From the human T2T-CHM13v2.0 reference genome, Homo sapiens: DNA of 64,000 nucleotides. The translations under genes were made by a program, and so were the position numbers. The DNA is taken from assembly GCF_009914755.1 (NCBI RefSeq), contig NC_060925.1. One strand, given 5' to 3'. Within the stretch, counting starts at the first letter, position 1. Every line of letters starts with the position of its first letter. This document shows, in pieces, positions 1 to 11,270 of the stretch. Under the pieces are notes generated by a model. The model was given only the letters and a program-made list of their open reading frames with translations. It was not told the DNA's origin and did not search any database.

Positions 1-904
1 ACCCAAGCTCAAAGAAAATCTGAGCTTGCCTTCTCCTGAGGTCACCTCATGCCTCCGTTTCTCAGCTTAGGGTCAGCCACAGTCTGGCCAGCACCCTGTC
101 CTGCACACTCCCGCCCTCCTGGCCACATCATGGCCAGACCATCCTAAGTCATGACCAGGGTCTCCTTTGCCACAGAGCTCCCTGGCTGCTCAGGACTCAC
201 GGGGGTCTCCCTCAGCAGATGAAGCAGGGTGGGCCTGGCCACAAAGGGGGTCACTCGTAGGTGAGATTCCTAGGAGCCTCGTGGTGTCAGGGTGCTTCTC
301 TCCACCCTCACTTCTCTGCCACTGAGTCAGAGCTCTCGGAATCCTGAGTGTCCTGCAGCAAAGCCTCCAGTTCTTTTCTCTTTCATTCTCTATGCTGCTG
401 CAAGGATGCCACATGCCTACATTTGCTCGGGTGACAGTCACTCACTGCCATGTGCTCTGTGCCAGGCCTAAGCTGGGCAACGGGGACCAAGATAGGCAGC
501 ACACCATCACCCTCAGGAGCTCCTGGTCGTGTGGGGGCAAGTACTGATGGAACACCATGGCCCGGCCCGGTCTGTCTGCAGGCTATACTCTCAGCACCCC
601 TCTCCGGCTCACTGGTGCATGGTTTCCTCTGCTGGAATATTATTCCTCCCCTTGTCTATGGCCAACTCAGGTTCTTCCATGCCCTCTCATCTTGCAAAAA
701 TCTTTCCTTCTCTCCCCAGTCCCAGGCCCTACCCACAAGCCCATCTAAATCAGCCGTTCCTTCCACAGGCTCCAAATGCTTCCTCCACTCCATCCTCATA
801 GCAAGGATCACACTTTGGTGCAATTCATTCTCGAATGTCCCCATCTTCCCTATGTGACTGTAAGCCCCTTTTCATAGCACTGTGTCTAGCATTTATAAAC
901 TATT

Positions 905-1530
905 TCATTCCTTCCTTCCTTCCTTCCTTCCTTCCTTCATTCATTCATTCAGCAAATGTTTACTGAGTCCAGCTCTGGGCCAGGGGCTGCTCCAGCCAGT
1001 TGAGATAAATCCATGAATAAAACAGACCGAACTCCCTGCCCTCATGGAGCTTATGATCTAGTAGGGAGAGCAACCAATAAACAGTCACTAATCAATGAAT
1101 CAAGTAGATAGTGTGTTAGAGGATGGCAAAGGCCATGGGGAAAAAAAGTGGAGCATAATAAAGAGGGTGAGAGTGTGGTCATGCAGGCCAGGTTGCAATT
1201 CTGAGTCAGGTGGTTGGGGCCAGCCTCACTGAGATGACGAGATTTTAGTTAAATGCTGCAGGCAGAGAGGGAGTGAGCCATGGTCATACCTGGGAGAGGC
1301 ATTCGGCAGAGGGAGCAGCCAGTGCAAAGGCAGAAGCTGGTGAGTTGGGTTCGCACACCAGCAAGAAGGCCCATGCAGCCCAAGTGGTGTGCAGGAGGGG
1401 AGAGCAGAAAGTGACAGGGTAGGGAGAGAGCATGGGGGCCATGCAGGCCACTGTAGAGACTCTGGCTTTCACCTTGATAAAAATGGGAAGTCCACGCAAT
1501 GTCCTGAGCAGGGAAGTGGTGTGTTCTGCC
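905..1530 (-). mobile_element. L2 LINE 3' fragment with (TTCC)n/(TTCA)n tail
   Basis: ttcattcattcagcaaatgtttactgag followed by typical L2 body (ccctgccctcatggagcttatgatctagtaggg). Confidence 0.75.
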
Positions 1531-2139
1531 TAATTCAACTGCTTCTTGAATGAACGGGTATTCAAGCACAATGACAGAGGAGGCACAAGGCCCTAGAGGT
1601 GCCTGGGAGAATGCCTGACCCTATCCAGGGGCTCAGGAAGGTTTCTCAGGAGGTGACATATGACTATGACCAAGTGGGAGGAACCCTGGAGGAGAAAGGA
1701 GCCTGAACAAAGGCCCAGAAGCTTGAAAAGACAAGGTACAATGGAAGAGTTGCAAGTTCCACAGTCTGCAGAGCAAGGTCTGTAGGGTGGAGGACCTGGG
1801 CTGTGACAAGGCCAGCAGAGGGCACGTTGTAAGGTCCTTGAATGCTGGAGGAAGCATCTTGGAATTCACCATGAGAGCAATGAATGGGGAGGCATGGTGG
1901 AGTCTGAGCAGGGGTGAGCCATGCTCAGCCCCTTGGGTTCTACTTGCTGCCCGACCAGCTGGTGACAATCTTTCCTCTGAGACTCAAATCAAAGCAGAAT
2001 GCTCTGGGCTGGACTCAAGTCCAAGCTCTGAGTAACTGTGGGCTTTTCCTTCCCTGGAACTTAATTTCCCCAGATGTAGAACTGAACCTCTGAGGCCTCC
2101 CTGGTCTTACAAGCTAAGTTTCCAGAGTCCTAGGCCCCA

Positions 2140-2345
2140 GAGCCACATAGATCTGGCTCAAGTTGCTGCTCTTGGTAACTTAAAACTCAACAACTCATAA
2201 GCTGTGTTGCCTTGGACAAATCTCTTCTCATCTCTGAGCCTCAATTTCCCCACCTATAAAAGGGGAATAACGATAGCTCCTTCTTGCCATGGCTGGAGAG
2301 AAGATTACCTATGCCTGGCACGTCATAGGGATCTAATAAATGCCA
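2140..2345 (+). mobile_element. MIR SINE
   Basis: gctgtgttgccttggacaaat...ctctgagcctcaatttccccacctataaaagggg core. Confidence 0.7.
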
Positions 2346-2375
2346 GGTATCCAGGTCTTTGGAGAGGAGCCTCAC

Positions 2376-2522
2376 CTGGGATGTGTCGTGGTTGAAGATG
2401 ACTGCGCTGAGGTCTCCGCAGTTGTAGTGCTTGATGAGGTCCTCCGTGGTGTAGGAGGCCTGCAGGCTCCCGGCCCGCACACTCTCCTGCTGCAGCAGGG
2501 TTTGGTTCAGGGCAAACAGCAC
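2376..2522 (-). CDS. TRABD2B: Internal coding exon (probably exon 3) of TraB-domain metalloprotease TIKI2
   Basis: Translates to [49 protein letters not shown], recognised as TIKI2 (paralog TRABD2A recalled as VIFALNQ...SLRAGSLQIPY). Acceptor ctcattcctctctctttcctcggcccag (AG at 2524-2523), donor CAG|gtgag (GT at 2375-2374). 147 nt = 49 codons, phase 0/0. Confidence 0.95.
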
Positions 2523-3112
2523 CTGGGCCGAGGAAAGAGAGAGGAATGAGGGCTGTGCTCAGGGACCCTGGCTGAGCTCTAGGACTGACCCTCCTCCCTC
2601 TGGACTTCAGAGCAACAGGCCTGAAACAGAGAAGGTGTGTGGGGCTGGCACCAGCTGGCTCAGGCTGTGTGTTTCCAGTTTCTGCTCCTGCCTCATGTCT
2701 CTGAGCACGTTCAGCCTGCTCTCACCTCCAGCCCTTTGCCCACACAGGTCCCCATTCCTGCTCTGGGTCTCAACATCTTATTAAAGAAGCAGCAAAATGA
2801 GAACCCAACTTGTGTCTGGGTTTCGGAATGATGGGTGAGTTTTTCTTTTGACTCCTTTGTGTTCCTGTGCTTAAAAGTGCATGAATTAATTTTGTAATCA
2901 AGAGCATCCTGCAAACAAAGCAACAGGACAAGAACAAAAGGCCCGGTTGGATGTCAAGGCCCAACCTAAAGGCCGCCTACCCTGGAAGCCTTCCTCACCC
3001 AGGGAAAGGCCTGAGGAGCTCGGTCCTGAACATCTGCTCTATCCTTGTATTCAGCATGCATGTCCTCAAGCTCCTCTGTCCTCGGGGCCACCGTGCCTGT
3101 GCCCAGCCAGAT

Positions 3113-3151
3113 CTGTGGGCATCAGGATCACTGTGGGCATCAGGATCACTG
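3113..3151. repeat. 18-bp exact tandem duplication inside a degenerate MER5-like hAT relic
   Basis: ctgtgggcatcaggatca at 3113-3130 and 3131-3148. Confidence 0.85.
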
Positions 3152-3559
3152 ACAAAATGTCAGATGCCCAGATCTCGCCCTCTGGGATCAGAGGCTCTGT
3201 ATTTTTAACAGGATCCCTGCACACTTCCTAAGCAGTCTGACCGTCTCTGGCATTTGAGGATCGTGGCTCTAATGGAACACAACCTGCTCATTTTAGATGG
3301 GGACACTGAGGCCCAGGGAAGGGAAGGGAAGGGAGGGACCTGCTCAATTCACATAGCTAGGCCTGGAGCTAGTTTTAGGAGACAGAGTATCCCAGACTCC
3401 TTTGTTCAACAGAAGGGAGGAGGCTGATCATTATTTGGGCTATTTAACACAGATAAAGAGAAAAACTTGGTCCCTGTACAGAAAGTCAGGAGGCTGTCTC
3501 AGGGAACTGGTCCCTGCTGTTAGCCCAGCCTAGCCCTCAGTCTTTAGGCCCTGCTCATT

Positions 3560-4700
3560 CTGTCTGCACAATGCCTTGGACACCAAGTTCCCAGCCTTGT
3601 CACCCACCTCAATTCAGGCCCCAGCATTTCTCGTTGAGTCCCCTGCACCAGTCCCGCCCATCTCCGGGCACACCCCCTCCCTTCTCTTCTATACCATAGT
3701 TATCTGTCATGGTCCTCTTTTAAATGCACAAATCTGATGATTTCTCTCTCTCTCTTTTGCTCAAAACGTTCACAGGTCCCTCCCACCTGCAGGCTAAAGG
3801 GCTAGCTCTTGAGTAGAGCCTCCAAGGCAGTAACCTGGACCCTGCTATGGTCAATAACCTCATTTCTTACATGGCTTTCATGCCTCCAAATACTAAAATA
3901 CTCAGCATTCCTTCAAGCAAAAAAAAAAAAATCTTCTGCCTTTGTGCCTCTGTAAATGCTGTTCCATAGGGAAATCCGGCTCCCTCGTCTCCACTTGCAA
4001 ACTCAGACTTAGCTGTCCAGACTCTCCTCGGCTGTCTCCTCCAGGAAGCTTCTCTGACCACCTGGGGACTGGGTTAGGCCCCTCACTGGGGGTCCCACAG
4101 CCTCCATGGGTGGCAGACTGATAGATTAATGGCCCTAAACCTTAGCCCCTCCCTGTATTCATGCCCTTTTCCATGGAACTTTGTAGCTCCTTTCCAGTCT
4201 GACCCTGGACATCCTTCAGCCAAGGGGATGCTAGTAACCATTATAAATTCAGGCCTGAAAAGTAGTTACGTGCTGCTGATGCTGCTGCTGCTGTCTGCAC
4301 CTCTGCCACTGCCCTGAGAACAATCCAGGCTAGACTGCTGGATGATGAGAGACATGTGGCGCAGAGCCGTCCAGCGAAGGCCATCCTCCACCAAGAATAG
4401 CCAACAGCCTGCCAATCCCCATACATGCAAACTAGCCCAGCCAAGATCAGCAGAGACTATTCACAATTGTCCCCAGATGCATGAGTGGAAAACTCTTATT
4501 GTTATTGTTACACAGCATAGTTGTGGTGATAGATACACCATGCTTCCTTCCACTACGGAGTGAACATTATATTGTATTTGCTGTTTAGCTACCAGCCTCC
4601 CACATTAGGCTATGAGCTCCTTCAAGACAGGAATTGTGTCGTGTTCATTTTTGAATTTGCAGCACTCAGCACTGTGCCTGGTGAAGATAAAGTGTCACTT
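3560..4700 (+). mobile_element. L2 fragment interrupted by a MaLR LTR
   Basis: L2-like segments (aaatctgatgatttc..., cttctgcctttgtgcctctgtaaatgctgttcc, tatgagctccttcaagacagg) on both sides of 4107-4537. Confidence 0.55.
4107..4537 (+). mobile_element. MaLR solo LTR (MLT1G/H-like)
   Basis: tgggtggcag start, ctagactgctggatgatgagagacatgtgg, cccagccaagatcagcag, ttgttacacagcatagttgtgg end. Confidence 0.7.
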
Positions 4701-5700
4701 CATTGTTTCTTTATTTCTTTGACACTGCTATGGTCACTTCATAGTTCAAGGCTGCTCATTGAGTCCTTAAATCTAGCCCCTACAACTTCTGCACTCTGCA
4801 TTTTGAGGCATGCCACCACCTTGTGGCAGAAGGTCCCACCAAGTGGCAGCAGTCACTTGGTTCAAGAACACATAATCTGACCAGAAAAGCTCATAAAATA
4901 GGTGTGCACAGCCAGGCCAAAGTACTAACATAGGCAACAGGGCCAAGCGTGTGCTCATGAGATCACCTCCCTCCCCTCTCATTTTGTTCATGGCTGGGCA
5001 GGAGCGCTAGATTGCACTGGATGCAGCCCAGGCTGCTCCACCTAATGAGCTGGCTGGAGATGAGGTCAGCCCCCACCACCCCCTACCCAAAACTCCACCT
5101 CTGGGCCTTCTCCAGGCCTCTAGGCTCTGGCCGCCACCATTGAAATCTGATATGTAGCCATCTGGTGCAGGGTGTCGATGGCAGCATGGTGGCTGGGGAT
5201 GGATCACAGGAGGCAGTGGCCCTGTTGCTGTGGGCATTGCTAAGGCAACAGGCACTTCCTCCCACACGGCACATGCCTCGGATGAAAGTGTCCATGTCGA
5301 GTTGATCCGCTCTCCTTCCCTGGGGGCCTGGGACACAGGCTTCCCGTGACTACACTCGGCCACTGCACACACCTGCTCCCTTGTTTCTCGGCGTCGGCTT
5401 GGCCAAGACACCACCTGACCTGTGGTGAGGTCATCGGCCCAGGCACCCAGAAGAGCTGACTGGAGGAGAAATGTCTCCCCAGGACCTTGCTCGACTCACA
5501 GAGTTGCTTCTGCAATCATGCAACCATCACAGAGCTGGAAGGTGTTCCAGTGAATTTAGTATGTTATAATCTGTGGGGTGCTAAAAACAGTCCTGGCATG
5601 TAGTAAGTGCTGGATAAGTGTTTGTTAAATAAAACTGAGAGGAAAATAGACCTAAAGCTTCCCAGATTGGAGCTGGAAGAGCCCTGGAGGTCATCTGGTC

Positions 5701-5935
5701 CAGAGGCTTTTCAGGCCTTTTAAAGCCATGTTCTTGCTGTTGTTTTCCAAAGGAATCTTACTTAGAACTCAAAATATGGAGAAGGTAAAAATGGAAACTT
5801 CCCTGGTTGATGTAAGGGAGGCAGGCGGGCGCCTGAAGTCTCACTAGCTCAATGTCTCCCTGCAGCAGGGACTTCTGCACCAAGGCCCTTCTGTGGAACC
5901 CACAGGTACCCTGGAGCCTAGTTTGAGAACCACTG
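5701..5935. mobile_element. hAT-Charlie DNA transposon relic within a MIR-like sequence
   Basis: Ends in gtttgagaaccactg, the Charlie-type terminal inverted repeat. Confidence 0.5.
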
Positions 5936-6609
5936 ATCTCATCCTGTGGCCTCCTCATATTAAAGAGGAGAGGAGGCTAGGGTCCAGAGCAGGCAGGATG
6001 GGGCTTGCCTAAGGCCACACAATGAGCTGTGGGCAGAGTGGACTCAACCCCAACTCTTAACTCCTGGTCCAGAACTCTGCAGTGCCCTGGACCACATGGC
6101 TGGATTTCCAGATGTCCACAGGCACAGCCCACATTCATCCACACACACTGCCACACCCATTTTTTTTTTTTTTAGAGCCTTGTGAAATAGCCAGGGAATA
6201 TTTATTGTTAGTCTGTTACTAATAAGTCTGTTATTAATAGTCTATTACAAATATATAAAACAGAGGCCAGACCATTTATGAGGCCTTCCCATGTGTCACA
6301 GCAGGAGTGTGGTGGGGCCAGGACTGAAACCCAAGCCTATCATCCTGATTCTCCCTACCTCGGTGGGGTTTGGTGTCTCCCAAAGACCCCTGTCCTTCTT
6401 TTTCCTTAGACACTTATCTCACTGAATTGTCCCTGTTCTCTGCCTCTCTGTTTCCTGCTGAATCCCAATGTCTCCATTAGCAGACATTCAGGAAGCACTG
6501 CAAGAAGAGGTATGCTGATCCAGAATCATGCGCACTTTCCCTTACACCTCCTGCCCCGTACCATCATTTTGCAATTTATAAAGAAGTCTTCATCCATTCA
6601 TTACCAGGA

Positions 6610-6830
6610 TTACGATGTTTATTGAGCACTTACTATGTGTCAGGAACTTTCTAAACTCATGTTCATTTATTTAATCTTTACAGCAACTCTGAGGTAACTC
6701 TATTATTAGCTCCATTTAATTAAAAAAAAAAAACTGCAGCAAAGAGACATCAAATACCTTGCCAAAGGTGACAAAGCTGGAGAGGGATGGATCAGGCATT
6801 TGGGCCAGGCCTGGAATGTATCCTCCTAGT
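6610..6830 (-). mobile_element. MIR SINE
   Basis: tttattgagcacttactatgtgtcagg...taatctttacagcaactctgagg. Confidence 0.75.
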
Positions 6831-7889
6831 TAACCACTGTCCTGTAGGCCCTCCCTCTGCTCTCCCTGGAAGAGAGCCAAGAGGGATGTTGTCCGTAGTC
6901 AAAGATGGGAAACCAAAGAAGCAGAAGGGAGTGATGGGCACAAGGCCACACAGCTGGTAAAAGACAGGGCTGGGGTTTGAAATTACGTCTGGCACCGGAC
7001 CAGGTTCTCACAACCAGGACTTCAGCGCGGTATGTGCTCCTTCACCAGCATCCTTGGTGCTTCCAACAGACAGAGGGAAGCTACATCCATTCATTCACAA
7101 ACATTTACTTTCAGCTCCTCTCTGCAGGGATTTGAGATTAGTAGATTAATTGGACTTGGCTTCCATCTGTGCAGAGCTCATTTTAGAGGCAGATGTGCCA
7201 ACTGGCCAGCACAGCAAGGGTGGTAAGTACACAGGCTTTATAATGAAGCGCCTGGCCCTGACTCCTGCCTCTCTTTCACTCACCCTGAATTCCCAAGCCT
7301 GGTGCTGCTCAGACTCGAGATGTCTTCGGCTCCTGGCCACCTTAGAATAACAAACCTTCTTTGTACATAGCCTCGGTGGCCCACTCTAGGATAATGTTTA
7401 TGATAAGGCTTTGACATGGAATAACAAACATCGGGTGAAGGCTAGAGCTGCCTCTCTCACCCTGGATGGCTGTGTGGAGGCCCAGCCACCAGGAGCTCCA
7501 GAGCATCCTCTGTGGACTCCCCTCACCAACGCTGGCTGGACATGAAATGGCTTGTGGCATCTGCTGAATGTAGGCCCAGAATTTAAACACGTCTTCAAAC
7601 GAGGAACTAGGAAGGAGTGAGGCAGGCGCCAGGAGGGTGGGAACAGGTTTATTGTTCCAGAGTAGTCCTGTAAACAGTCCTAGATGGGCTGGAATGGTAG
7701 ACTTGAAGGCCTATGTTCACTTGATGGCCCAGCAATGGCACTGAGAAGGCAGCAGGACCCCCTTAGTCAAGAAGAGGGTTTAGAGTCAGGGTCCCTTGGG
7801 ACAAGCCTGGCTCTCAGCTTGCAAGTCTGCTCACCCAACTCAAAGCCCAAGGGAATCACTGCAAAGGCCCCAATCCACTCAGCCATTCT

Positions 7890-8040
7890 TCCTGAGCACC
7901 AGGCATTGTTCTAGGTGCTGGGGAGTTAGCCAGGGACAAAACAGACTTTAAAAATCCCTGCCCTTACAGAGCTCACCTGCTAGAGGGGTAAAGTGAGAAT
8001 ACATAAATTATTAGTAAAAATACTAATATGCAGCATGTTG
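7890..8040 (-). mobile_element. L2 fragment (resumes at ~9306-9510 after the ERVL insertion)
   Basis: ccaggcattgttctaggtgctgggg...aaaatccctgcccttacagagctcac. Confidence 0.65.
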
Positions 8041-8858
8041 GACACACAACAATGGCTTCATTAAACTGGAAGTGAAGACTGCCACCCAGCCACATGGATT
8101 CCTCACACCTCTGAGTCAACAGGCAAAGAAGGGGTTACTATGCTGCCTGGAATGATTGATCCTGACTACCAAGGGGGAAATTAGATTGCCACCCCAGTGG
8201 AGGTGAGGAAGAGTGTTTCTGGAATGCAGGAGACCTTTTAGGGCATCTCTTAGTATTACCATACCCTGAGATTAAAGTCAATGGAAAACCACAACAACCC
8301 AATCCAGACAGGACTACTAATGGCCCAGACCATTCAACAATGAAGGCTTGGGTCATGCCGCCAGGTTAAGAACCATGAGCAGTTGAGGTTGTTGTTGAAA
8401 GCAAAGAGAATACAGAATGGGTAGTAGAAGAAGGTAGTCAGCAATACCAGCTATGATAACGTGACCAGTGACAGAGATGAGAACTGTAATTGTGATGAGA
8501 GTTCCTCCCTCTTTTGTTATTCATATTTGTGTGTGTGTGTGTCTGTGTGTGTGTTTCTATCTCAAATATCTTTGCTTTCTTCCCTCTCATCCCTTTATCA
8601 TATAACATAAGATATATTGACTTATAGTATTTAGGTATTGTTAGCTTTACATCATATATTTAAGGTACAGGATATCAAGAAAAGTAAATGTCACCCAAAG
8701 ACTTTGCATCCTCTTCTGGGGAAAGAAACAGAGCATTTTTGGTGTATGCAGGATAGCAGCATCATGTTAGGTGGAACTATGGCCATGTTATTGTCAGTAT
8801 TTGGAGATTCAGTATGGTTGAAGATGTGTATGGGAGCCCAACTGAGAAGGGGTGAACT
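8041..8858 (+). mobile_element. ERVL internal 3' fragment with decayed dUTPase and polypurine tract
   Basis: Reads LNWK*RLPPSH...PLSQQAKKGVTMLPGMIDPDYQGEI with stops/frameshifts (dUTPase motif 3), then TTNGPD...MKAWV...EWVVEEG; PPT gagaaggggtgaac precedes the LTR. Confidence 0.88.
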
Positions 8859-9305
8859 TGTGATGGTTAATTTTATGTGTCAACTTGGTTAGGCCACGCT
8901 ATCCAGATATTTGGTCAAACTTTTTTTAGATGCTTCTGTGAAGGTACTTTTTAGATGAGACTCATATTTAAATCAGTAGGCTTTGAGATGCAGATTACCC
9001 TCCATAACGTAGGTGGGCTTCATCCGCTCAGTTGAAGGCCTTACTAGAAAAAATCTGACCCTGTCAAAGAACAAGGAATTCTACCAGCAGACTGCTTTTG
9101 GACTTGAACTGCAGCATCAACTCTTCCCTGGATTTCCAGCCCGCTGGCCTGCCCTGCAAATTTTAGACTTACCCACCAATGTCACCAACACTACGTGTGT
9201 GTGTGTGTGTGTGTATAAAATGTATATACCTATATATATATTTACAGAGATACATACACACATACATATATTCTATTGGTTCTGTTTTTCTGGAGAACTA
9301 ATACA
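8859..9305 (+). mobile_element. MLT2-family 3' LTR of ERVL
   Basis: tgtgatggttaattttatgtgtcaacttgg start; tctattggttctgtttttctggagaactaataca end; internal (TG)n. Confidence 0.9.
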
Positions 9306-11039
9306 GAATATGTTATAGAAAAAAATAAAGCAGTAAATTGGATGGGGAGTGATGAAGGAAGGGGAACCAGCAGGTGCAAAGGCCCTGTACATATGTGAGG
9401 AGAAGCAGAGGCCAGCGTGGCTGAAGCTGAGCCAACAAGGAAGACAGTGATGGGAGACAAAGTTAGGGTTAATGAGCAAGCCCCCAATTACATGGAGCAT
9501 TGTAAAGATGCTAGGAAACCATCTCACACCATAATTCTTTCAGATAAGGACTATTTCCATATGACAAACAAGGAAACTGAGCCCTTGAGGAGGGTAAAGT
9601 CACTTGCATAAGGTCCCACATTGAAGAACTAACGAGTTAGGATTCAAACTCAGGTCCAGCTGGCAGGTCTGGGTTCTTTCTGCTGTCCCTGGTCCTGGCC
9701 CACCAAGCCACCTCCACCCAACCAGCTGGTAGGAAGTACAGACAAGAAGAGACAAGTAGGGGCCAGTCTTTGAGGCCCAGGTTCTAAGCTGTCAGCTGGG
9801 AAGGAGAGGGGGTGTTAGAACTTTAGCTGTGGTGCACTGTCAGAGCTGCCATATGAGAATAAGAAAGAGGTCACCCTTGCTAAGGTAACCTCACCTGGTT
9901 CACGGCCTCCCCAGTCTGCTTTCACTGCCCAGGCTGACGAAACCTTGCTCCCTGCCCAGGATCCCCTCCTCTGCACGTCCTCTGTCTGGAAACCTCTCTC
10001 CATCTACCAGCTGACACTCCCCTTTGCACCTGGCTGTAGAGGCTCCTTCCCTCAGGAGAACTCTGAGCCATGGACTGCAAGGGTCCCCTGCTAAGTGCCC
10101 CCAAAGCACCTGACACTTCCCAGGCCAGGTACTCCCCATTTTATTACTAACACTCGTCCTTCCCGCTTGAGGATGAATGCTCTGAGGTCAGGCAAATCCT
10201 CTGTCTTCATCTTGACTGTGTTCCCAGAGTGCAGTGCCCAATACACACATAGCAGCTGCTTGAGGAATGCTTGTAGGATGAATAAGTGAATGGAAAGCCA
10301 AGTGAGTCGCCCGTCACAGGACCCCCACCCTGAGCAGCTCCCTGCCAGAAGCCAGTACCTCCCATGGTGCAGAGCTGGGAGGAGCTGCGCCTGCTAGACC
10401 CTGGGCCCAAATCATCTCTCAGCACTGGGTAGGGGTGGAGGACAGCTCACTTCACAGGAAGCCTTCTCTGGCCTGGGGGACATTTCTTCAAAGGTTAGAG
10501 CTGCCAGGCTCTGGCTGAGATTTATTTATTTATTCTCCTTGCCCCATCGGCAGCACCAAAGCCATGCCGACTACCTCCCTGCTTCCTGTTCAGTATTCCG
10601 AGTCTCCTAGGCCTCCAGCACTGAATCCTGTCTCCGGACACTGGGCTACTGAGCAGCAGGCATCCAAATAAACACAAGATTTCCTGGAGCTGTGGACTGG
10701 CTCTGGGCTGGGAGCAGGGACCAGGGATCTAGTCACCACTGGACTCTTCACTACGAACCTCTGGGTGAATTATTTTCCTTCCCTGGGTCTTGGTTTACTC
10801 ACCTTTGAAAAGAACTAATTTACACATTCATTGAACAAATATTTATTGAGCACTTATGTAGCAGATGCTGTTCCAGGCCCTGGAGGTATAGGAGTGAACA
10901 CTGCAAATAAAGATCCCCACCCTAAAGGAGCTTTCATTCCAGTAGGAGAAAGCTGACCATAAAGAAACAAGAAGTAAACCATCCAGTATGTTGGAGAGTG
11001 ATAGTTGCTATGGAGAAAATAAGGCAAAGAGGAATATAG

Positions 11040-11040
<1 letters not shown>

Positions 11041-11070
<30 letters not shown>

Positions 11071-11088
11071 GCGCGCACGTGTGTGTGT
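11041..11088. repeat. (GT)10(GC)8 compound microsatellite, 48 bp of alternating purine-pyrimidine
   Basis: Read directly. Confidence 0.95.
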
Positions 11089-11120
11089 TGGGAGTTGATA
11101 TTTTATTATTATTATTTTAA

Positions 11121-11270
11121 ATTTTTTTAGAGTTGGGGCCCTGCTCTGTTGTCGAGGCTGGAGTGCAGTGGTGCGATCTCTGCTTGCTGCAGCCTGAGCC
11201 TCCTGGACTCAAGTGATCCTCCTGCCTTAGCCTCCCAATAAACTAGGACAACAAGTTCGTGCCATCACCC
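11121..11270 (-). mobile_element. Alu monomer fragment (FRAM or AluJ right arm)
   Basis: gaggctggagtgcagtggtgcgatctc...ctcaagtgatcctcctgccttagcctccc. Confidence 0.85.

Larger units (their letters stand above)
1..2375 (-). other. TRABD2B: TRABD2B intron downstream of the exon
   Basis: Starts at the GTGAG donor at 2375; next exon not in window. Confidence 0.85.

Noticed and set aside
2241-2375. ORF extension past the exon (VRLLSKDL...)
   Set aside because: Read-through beyond the GTGAG donor into MIR-derived intron.
6209-6250. Three ~15-bp tandem units (also a 17-bp doublet near 37440-37475)
   Set aside because: Ordinary slippage inside MIR-like sequence.
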